From: Thermoplasmata archaeon
GTDB lineage: Archaea; Thermoplasmatota; Thermoplasmata; Halarchaeoplasmatales; Halarchaeoplasmataceae
DNA length: 64,000 nucleotides
Assembly (NCBI GenBank): GCA_003560595.1
Contig: PWKY01000076.1
Location: 63-64,062 of the forward strand
Reading direction: 5' to 3'
In this document: positions 57,671 through 64,000 of the stretch, one piece after another
Position numbering within the stretch: position 1 is the stretch's first letter
Layout of the letters: every line of letters starts with the position of its first letter
Made by a program: the position numbers and the translations under genes
The notes under the pieces: generated by a model
What the model was told of the DNA's origin: nothing
Seen by the model: only the letters and a program-made list of their open reading frames with translations
The model's database searches: none

Positions 57671-58894
57671 TCATACCTCGATAGTTTCTCCTTCAACCGG
57701 TATGTAAACATCGTACTCTTTCAAATCTTTAGCCAACTCCTCACGATCATCTCCGTGCATCAACACTATTTTTTCAGGGTCACATCCGTTGGCGAAATCT
57801 AACAGTTCGGAATGGCCTGCGTGTGCGCTGAAGTCGTATTTCTTTACACTGCACTCCACGGGTACGGTGGCACCTCTGTCCTGTATCATACCGTTCTTTA
57901 GCAAACGGTCGCCGTTGGTACCCTCTACCTGATACCCGGTTAGGAATATACCCGTGTTCGGGTCCCTTCGCTTATCCATGATATAATCTAGAACCGGACC
58001 GCCTTCGAGCATCCCGCTGGTAGTAACAACAACTTCCGCTTCCTTTGCCCGGTTTCTAGTTTTATTGGACCGTACTGGGCTTGCGTTATTTACAGCCTTT
58101 TCAAGTGCTTTGCCTGACCTCAGGAAACCTTTGTGGTTGAGATAGATATGATTTACCGTACGACCCATGCCGTCGAACCAAACATCGTACCCACGATCGT
58201 TTAGGACCATGAGCAGTTCTTGAGTCCTACCCACGGCAAAGGACGGTACTATCGCCTGGCCGCCTCTGGAAAGTACGTCATCGATATCATCCAGGAATTC
58301 ATTCTCAGTCTCAGCCCTATCACCGTGTTCTTTGCCGCTGTAGGTTGCTTCTAATATGAGTGTATCACATCTAACCGGATGAGCACCCCATACCAATCTG
58401 CTGTTAGTGGTGTTTATATCACCTGTAAAAAGTACAGTTTCTTCGCCCCTTAACTCTGCCATCATCGACCCGGGTATATGTCCTGCGGAATGTACCTCTA
58501 TCTCCATACCCCCGATATCCCTCTTGGAATTGAATCCCATCAGGTCGAATGCGGCTTTCGTTCTCTTGATATCCCCTTTATCGAAATACTTGGGATATCC
58601 CTCGATACCTGCGATCTTAAGGCTGTCATAAAGCAGTAGCTCGACCACTTCAAGTGTTGGATGTGTAGCTAATACATTAACATCACAAGTCCTGACCAAA
58701 GAGGGTATCATCCCGCAGTGGTCTAGATGTGAGTGAGTTAAGAACGAAATATCTGCAAGCGGCGGCCTCATCGGATACTCTGGAGGGTCTGCTGGCAGCA
58801 TGCCGTGATCAAATATCAAAGTCGTGTTTTTGTATTCCATTACCATAGAGAGGGGGCCCACTTTGGAAACCCCTCCCAAGAAAGTTAGTTTCAT
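57671..58894 (-). CDS. beta-CASP MBL ribonuclease (aCPSF2-like, no KH domains)
   Basis: THSHLDH, AGHIPG, FTGD, FAVGRTQE, TSGML, GYQVEGT, FSAHA, MHGD. Confidence 0.92.
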   Translation of the reverse strand: MKLTFLGGVSKVGPLSMVMEYKNTTLIFDHGMLPADPPEYPMRPPLADISFLTHSHLDHCGMIPSLVRTCDVNVLATHPTLEVVELLLYDSLKIAGIEGYPKYFDKGDIKRTKAAFDLMGFNSKRDIGGMEIEVHSAGHIPGSMMAELRGEETVLFTGDINTTNSRLVWGAHPVRCDTLILEATYSGKEHGDRAETENEFLDDIDDVLSRGGQAIVPSFAVGRTQELLMVLNDRGYDVWFDGMGRTVNHIYLNHKGFLRSGKALEKAVNNASPVRSNKTRNRAKEAEVVVTTSGMLEGGPVLDYIMDKRRDPNTGIFLTGYQVEGTNGDRLLKNGMIQDRGATVPVECSVKKYDFSAHAGHSELLDFANGCDPEKIVLMHGDDREELAKDLKEYDVYIPVEGETIEV

Positions 58895-58987
58895 ATACTT
58901 TTTCACCGTTTGTTTGTTTTACTTTAGGTTTAACATCAAGGGGGGGTATATATTGGTTTTGTGTGAAAATGCTGTTTTCATATGATT

Positions 58988-59752
58988 TCAAAACTCGGCT
59001 ATCGAGGCGATATTCTCTTCTTCCGGATCGAAGGAACCTTCCATCTTTATGCCGAGAACAAGGCCGTCTACAGGCGAAGGGACCGGTTTTTCGTTCAAGT
59101 AACCCAGTACTTCACCTTCCTTGATAACGGTTCCCGGTAACACATTCGGTCGATATGTTCCCGATTCTTCAACCGGGATCCATCTATACTTATTGAAAAA
59201 TCTTACTTTCTGTGAAGGGGCTCCTTGGATAAAACGTTTCATGGCGATCGTGATCATCTCTAATTCCGTTTTCAACCACTCGGCACCACCGGCTTCGATT
59301 ATCATGGATGGGACACCTATTTTCGATAGTTCCAAGAATAGCTGTTTATCCGTTCCACCGGTCTGTACCGCATAATCCAGGCCGACCCGTTCACATAGCT
59401 CGACGTTGTGATCCTTGTTAAGGTCAGTGAGCATGTATGGTATGCACCTTCCTCCGGTCCCGTAGGTGTGAATATATATGACCGCGTCGTATTTTTTGGC
59501 TTCGTTGAATATTTCATCCGCCAAACGCTGGGAAACCGTTCCGTCCGGATCTCCGGGAAACAGCCGGTTCAGGTCCTTTTCATCGATGGGGTTGGCCCGC
59601 ACTCGATGCTCTATGGCTTTTAGGTTAACTTCAGGGATCACTTTTACACCCTGGATACCCTTTCCCTCTATCCATCCCCTCAGCTCTCGGGCGATCATGA
59701 CACCTCCTATCTCGTCCCCATGGACACCTCCCAAGATCAATATCTTCTTCAT
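58988..59752 (-). CDS. Succinylglutamate desuccinylase/aspartoacylase family (M14-like) hydrolase
   Basis: GGVHGDE, DLNRLFPG, IEAG, C-terminal biotinyl-like domain. Confidence 0.88.
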   Translation of the reverse strand: MKKILILGGVHGDEIGGVMIARELRGWIEGKGIQGVKVIPEVNLKAIEHRVRANPIDEKDLNRLFPGDPDGTVSQRLADEIFNEAKKYDAVIYIHTYGTGGRCIPYMLTDLNKDHNVELCERVGLDYAVQTGGTDKQLFLELSKIGVPSMIIEAGGAEWLKTELEMITIAMKRFIQGAPSQKVRFFNKYRWIPVEESGTYRPNVLPGTVIKEGEVLGYLNEKPVPSPVDGLVLGIKMEGSFDPEEENIASIAEF

Positions 59753-59818
59753 ATTACAAGAGTAGAGAGATAGGTACCTATAATTGTTACCTAAAAACCC
59801 TTATGTTTGAAAGTTGTA

Positions 59819-60486
59819 CTAGACGCCACATATATTCGTATTCCGTGTGATACTAGAGGATATGATCACCAAGATCAATATCATAAGCGTAATTCAACTG
59901 ATGTGATCGATTACAGAGCGGAGTTACTGGGATCATGTTGTCACTATGGCCTGCGATCCCACCAAATCTATAGTTTCCCCTCACTTCACCTGTAGTGTAT
60001 GATAGTTCCTCTGTTCCATCCTACAAGTCCTCCGACGAGTTTACTACCCTCTACATATATCTCAGTTAGTCCCAGATCATTTATCACACTTTCTGTACCT
60101 ATATGACCAAAAAGCCCGACATACCATTCGTCGGGTCTGTTTATATAAAGCCCCTCTATGACGAAACCGTTGTCGTCTAAGCTACAGGTGAACGGTTCCT
60201 CGTCGGTAGCTACGGGTTCGAATCCCATACCATCGTTTCATCCGCTGGTTTCACTTGCATCGATATCATCTGCCAATGCATTGCTGACACTACGATCATT
60301 ATCCATGGCTTGAAGATCGTGAACATCATAGAGTGAATATGGATCGTTCTCGGTTCCGCTTCCTTCGGTAAAAGCAACTTCACCGCTATCTTGTGTGAGA
60401 TTCCCTGCGTTGGCGAAGGCAAATGCAAACACACTAACTAAAAGTAACATCACAACCACGAGGCTCCTGGTCCCTTTTTTGTCCGT
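59819..60486 (-). pseudogene. Decayed GLUG-motif surface-protein gene
   Basis: Start appears mutated to ACG (60486) behind an AGGGGGAG SD; in-frame TGA at 60238 where W is expected (ETSG*NDGMGFEP); frameshift near 59995 continuing as SYTTGEVRGNYRFGGIAG; truncated. Confidence 0.8.
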
Positions 60487-60702
60487 CTTTTACTCCCCCT
60501 AAATCATACTAACTAAACAAACAAGTGCTTGTTTTTCTCCGTATATCTTAATGGATGCGATTATATATTAAAGTTGTGCAAATATCCTAGATCGAGGATG
60601 ATGCCTTACAAATATCGATGTGAACGTTGATAATTGTTCTCGTTGAAAAAGATCGAGAGCACTCGCCAACTATATAACCGTCCTGTTTGGTTTTACCTAA
60701 GT

Positions 60703-61488
60703 ATGTTCAGTAAGATGGACCTTGCTCGCGAAGACATATCACAATACGACGTGGGTAAAAAGTTGAAATTGTCTCTGCATTCCATATCCCAAGGTAATAC
60801 CCTAGGTGAGCTTTGGTCCTACAACAAAGAGACTTTTTTCTTATGGGATAAGGGAAATGTGGTTTTATATATATTCGGAAAGAAGCTATCTATCGGATCC
60901 CTGGAAGACGTTCGAGTGTTCTTTGAAGACGTGATAGTAAAGGATGCAGTCCATGAAGGTTTCCAGTACTTTAAATTGGACGATGCTACCGGATCCATAC
61001 CTGTGAGTTCCATATTCGGCGATTTGGAAAGCCTGGATAGTCACTTCTACGGATACAACAAAGAAGATGTTACCGTTCCTGTTGGTTGTTTTGATATCGT
61101 GGACATAGACCAGGATCTTTTAAAGAAAACAGATATGTCCCATCTGGAACAAGTAAAAGACGAGATCGGATGGATGTGGCCTTCTCTTGATCGATTCTTT
61201 GAGAAAGGCTTCGGTAAAGCTGCCATTATCGATGACAAAATCGTATGCTGGTGTACCGCTGAATATGTCAGTGAAAACATGTGCGGCATAGGCATAGAAA
61301 CTTCCGAAGAACATAGAAAACAAGGTCTAGCAACTATAACAGCAGCTGAATTCATCCGCTACGCTTTGGATAAAGGCATACGCCCTCATTGGGAATGCCA
61401 TGCGAAGAATCAAGCTTCGGTACGGTTAGCGGAGAAACTAGGTTTCTCCAAGTTGGAATCTAAAACTGTCTATTTGGGAAGATTTTAA
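60703..61488 (+). CDS. GNAT family acetyltransferase (C-terminal GNAT domain)
   Basis: IGIETSEEHRKQGLA, PHWEC..N.AS..LAEKLGF; TATA ~25 nt before ATG 60703. Confidence 0.85.
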   Translation: MFSKMDLAREDISQYDVGKKLKLSLHSISQGNTLGELWSYNKETFFLWDKGNVVLYIFGKKLSIGSLEDVRVFFEDVIVKDAVHEGFQYFKLDDATGSIPVSSIFGDLESLDSHFYGYNKEDVTVPVGCFDIVDIDQDLLKKTDMSHLEQVKDEIGWMWPSLDRFFEKGFGKAAIIDDKIVCWCTAEYVSENMCGIGIETSEEHRKQGLATITAAEFIRYALDKGIRPHWECHAKNQASVRLAEKLGFSKLESKTVYLGRF

Positions 61489-61669
61489 CTTTTTTTCATA
61501 CCTCCAACTAAATGCATAACCCAATTATGTTACTATACCCATGTATGTTAGCTTGTTTTAGGTTTCTACTTATTACCTATTCACGCTTGAAGCATACGCA
61601 AATGAGAACTCCAATATGAGTCGCGTAAAGGAACATAGATTGAGGAGGATAGGCGATATCCGTTGAACT

Positions 61670-63358
61670 TCATTCGTCAATATCAGGTGATCGTTGATGA
61701 ACGACCTCCGAGTGGTAATCTAGATATGCGTGACCGCAGTTTTTACAGTACGCTGAGTTGTCCCGCTCCACTTTTACTGCCCTCATGTTACATTTCCGGC
61801 ATATATTCATATTTGGCCCAAAGAAAGTAGGGGGAGGAGTTGGCGTGTTCTTTTTCTTGGTAATACAACCGATCAACGTGATGAGTCCACTGAGGAACAT
61901 CATCAACATGCCCTTTTCACGATAAGGATAGGGTGGAAGGCCTGCCGTTATAGGAAGATCGTAAAAATACAAGTATATACCTATGGCAAACAACAAAATA
62001 CCAGGAATGATAAAACGTGCATCAGCTGAACTTTTTATACTGTCATAGAACGGTTTCGATGAACCTATTTTACTAAAATATTTGTAGTGCTTTTTTATCT
62101 TATAGACCAACATCACTGCCCCAAAACCGAAGAAAAACATCAAGTAGATGGTTAAAATCAGTTGATCATAATCTTTCTCCTCCTCAAGTTGTATCCTTTC
62201 CCCAACACCGAAAGCATAAAGATACCTATCAGAAGAAGCAACATAAATCGTTCCATCTTCACCTATAGCCGGGGAGGACCAGATCCTTCCATTTGTTCTA
62301 AAAATCCATCTAGTAGTTCCATCGGAGTTGATAGCATAGATCTTACCGTCATTTGAGCCGACATACACAATACCATTAGAATCTATAGCCGGTGAGGACC
62401 ATCTTATTTCGGCACTAGTGGTATGACTCCATTTCAAAGTTCCATCCGGGTTGATCGCGTATACGTTATTATCATTAGACCCAACGTAAACTGTATCGTC
62501 GGGTCCTATCGCAGGGGAAGACCAAATACTATCTCCTGTAGTATAACTCCACTTCAAAGATCCATCAGGGTTAAACGCATAGATTTTATTGTCAAGAGAA
62601 GGGACATATATCGTTCCTTTTGAATCAACAACGGGTGAAGAAAAAAACCCCTTCCCTTCTAACGAATAGGTCCATTTTAAGGTGCCGTCAGGATTGAGTG
62701 CATGTATATCTCTAATTTCAGAAACCACATAGATTGTCCCATCCTGACCTATAGCTGGTGCCGCACTTACCATATAAATCGTTTCAAAACTCCATTTTAG
62801 AGTACCATCGGGATTTAATGCATACAAATTGAAGTCACCAGAGCCGAAGTAAATCGTACCATTATCACCTATCACCGGAGAAGATTCTACCCTCCAACCA
62901 GTTTCAAATCTCCATTTCTCCGTACCATCAGGGTTGATAGCGTAAAGATTACTATCCCACGAACCCACATATATGGTTCCGTTTTTATCGATCGCTGGAG
63001 TGGATCCTATATTATCATTTGCTTCGAAGCTCCATTTAACACCTCCTTCCGAATCGATTGCATACAGATGATTATGGCTCGTCCCTATGTAAATTGTGCC
63101 ATCCATACCAATGACTGGTGAAGATTTAAAGAAAAGTCCCAGTTCGGTTCTCCATCCACTCGTACCGTTCACATGACTGGTATCGTATGGACTCAACCCA
63201 GTCCTAGCGGCGTTGCCTCCGAAGCAGGGCCAAGGCGGATCTGCTATATGTGAGTCGTTGTTTTCCGTGAGTTCGTTTGCGGAAACGGTCAAAGGTGCTC
63301 CGACGAAGGAGATGAACAGTATAATCACCAAGACCATAACCCCTAGATTCCATTTCAT
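61670..63358 (-). CDS. PQQ-like beta-propeller membrane protein with three TM helices and C-terminal zinc ribbon
   Basis: Signal peptide, WPCFGG..RTGLSPY, eight SSPAIG.DGTIYVGS repeats, TM segments, CRKC...CKNCG. Confidence 0.88.
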   Translation of the reverse strand: MKWNLGVMVLVIILFISFVGAPLTVSANELTENNDSHIADPPWPCFGGNAARTGLSPYDTSHVNGTSGWRTELGLFFKSSPVIGMDGTIYIGTSHNHLYAIDSEGGVKWSFEANDNIGSTPAIDKNGTIYVGSWDSNLYAINPDGTEKWRFETGWRVESSPVIGDNGTIYFGSGDFNLYALNPDGTLKWSFETIYMVSAAPAIGQDGTIYVVSEIRDIHALNPDGTLKWTYSLEGKGFFSSPVVDSKGTIYVPSLDNKIYAFNPDGSLKWSYTTGDSIWSSPAIGPDDTVYVGSNDNNVYAINPDGTLKWSHTTSAEIRWSSPAIDSNGIVYVGSNDGKIYAINSDGTTRWIFRTNGRIWSSPAIGEDGTIYVASSDRYLYAFGVGERIQLEEEKDYDQLILTIYLMFFFGFGAVMLVYKIKKHYKYFSKIGSSKPFYDSIKSSADARFIIPGILLFAIGIYLYFYDLPITAGLPPYPYREKGMLMMFLSGLITLIGCITKKKNTPTPPPTFFGPNMNICRKCNMRAVKVERDNSAYCKNCGHAYLDYHSEVVHQRSPDIDE

Positions 63359-63484
63359 CTTACCATCTCTTTGTTTTCCTGTATTATATCATGTGAAGTC
63401 GTTCTGCCCTGTATTCACGACTTCACTTTCTATCAGATGCTTTCTCCATATTATTATTATATCATTATTTTTAAAAGCTGTATA

Positions 63485-63679
63485 TCAATCGTTTTTATGT
63501 CTTTTTATCATTTTATCTACACATAATATATGAAGTATCACAACGCTAATGGTTCCACCCACCATCATTGATAGTGGAAAATGTAAATCTCGGTGGGATA
63601 TCGATGAGGCAATAAAAACACCTATATTCCAACCAAATATAAATATCGCAAGACCCTTTGTTCTTTTTGATATCTTCAT
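63485..63679 (-). CDS. Small two-TM membrane protein (candidate immunity protein)
   Basis: GGAGGTG SD, basic N- and C-termini, two hydrophobic helices; 20 nt downstream of the Cys-rich ORF. Confidence 0.65.
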   Translation of the reverse strand: MKISKRTKGLAIFIFGWNIGVFIASSISHRDLHFPLSMMVGGTISVVILHILCVDKMIKRHKND

Positions 63680-63699
63680 ATCACACCACACCTCCTATA

Positions 63700-64000
63700 T
63701 TATCCACATATTCGGTTTTTCGTATACTCACATCCTCCATACATTATCATTCCGCAAATAACTGTTAGGAAAAGTCCCCCGATGCCATTAGTTATACCCG
63801 CCTTGACTGCAGCAGCCCAGCAAGCTGCAGCTGTACCACCTGCACATAGAAGTCCTACCTTGTGCTCACAACTCATTCCTTCAAAACCATCCACATCTTG
63901 ACCGCCATAAACTTCGCATAAATTTGTACAATGGTAAGTTGCGTCCCCGGGGGAATAGCCGTCATCAATGAAACGATGGTAACATTCTCCGAAAGTATTC
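63700..64000 (-). CDS. C-terminal part of a Cys-rich, halocin-C8-like protein (runs off the right edge)
   Basis: Frame is open from the edge: NTFGECYHRF...HCTNLCEVYGGQDVDGFEGMSCEHKVGLLCAGGTAAACWAAAVKAGITNGIGGLFLTVICGMIMYGGCEYTKNRICG*. Confidence 0.6.
   Translation of the reverse strand, partial: NTFGECYHRFIDDGYSPGDATYHCTNLCEVYGGQDVDGFEGMSCEHKVGLLCAGGTAAACWAAAVKAGITNGIGGLFLTVICGMIMYGGCEYTKNRICG

Noticed and set aside
60238..60240. TGA as selenocysteine or Trp recoding in the GLUG gene
   Set aside because: The same gene has other disabling lesions and TGA is a common stop in the window; simple decay explains it.
184..63761. Numerous antisense or alternate-frame ORFs of 60-180 aa in the track
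   Set aside because: They shadow well-supported genes, are Ser/Phe/Leu-rich mirror translations and show no motifs.
1..64000. Transposases, integrases, proviral genes, rRNA
   Set aside because: No ORF with recognisable motifs and no long non-coding stretch able to hold them.

Overview
Gene-dense, standard-code archaeal chromosome segment. Gene content (Alba, TFB, Spt4, Rpo7, RIO1, PurP, NurA/HerA, bacterial-type FolP, many TPR and zinc-ribbon proteins, acidic surface proteins, a Na+-type membrane PPase) suggests a Thermoplasmata-like, probably salt-adapted archaeon; this is inference. Most of the window is housekeeping: ileS, cysS, xpd, pyrD, nfo, mre11-rad50, nurA-herA, rfcS, purP, the rpoE1-spt4-rps24e-rps27ae block, hppA, two tldD/tldE pairs, folP, tfb and nadC. 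The last ~4 kb look accessory. The main signals missing from or misread by the ORF track are: (1) a 14-codon leader peptide MNRTCINSGLIIIR with tandem Ile codons, inside mutually exclusive RNA hairpins directly upstream of ileS, a candidate archaeal ribosome-dependent attenuator; (2) a tRNA-Arg(CCG) split by two 32-nt non-canonical BHB-type introns (D-loop and T-loop), whose first base is the last base of the stop codon of the unannotated rps27ae; (3) a halocin-C8-like Cys-rich C-terminus plus a small membrane ORF at the right edge; (4) a 30-bp near-palindromic direct repeat flanking an HTH+GNAT pair; (5) a single in-frame TAG in a TPR gene. No CRISPR array, rRNA or transposase was seen. All family calls come from motif recognition by eye; no database searches or folding programs were run.
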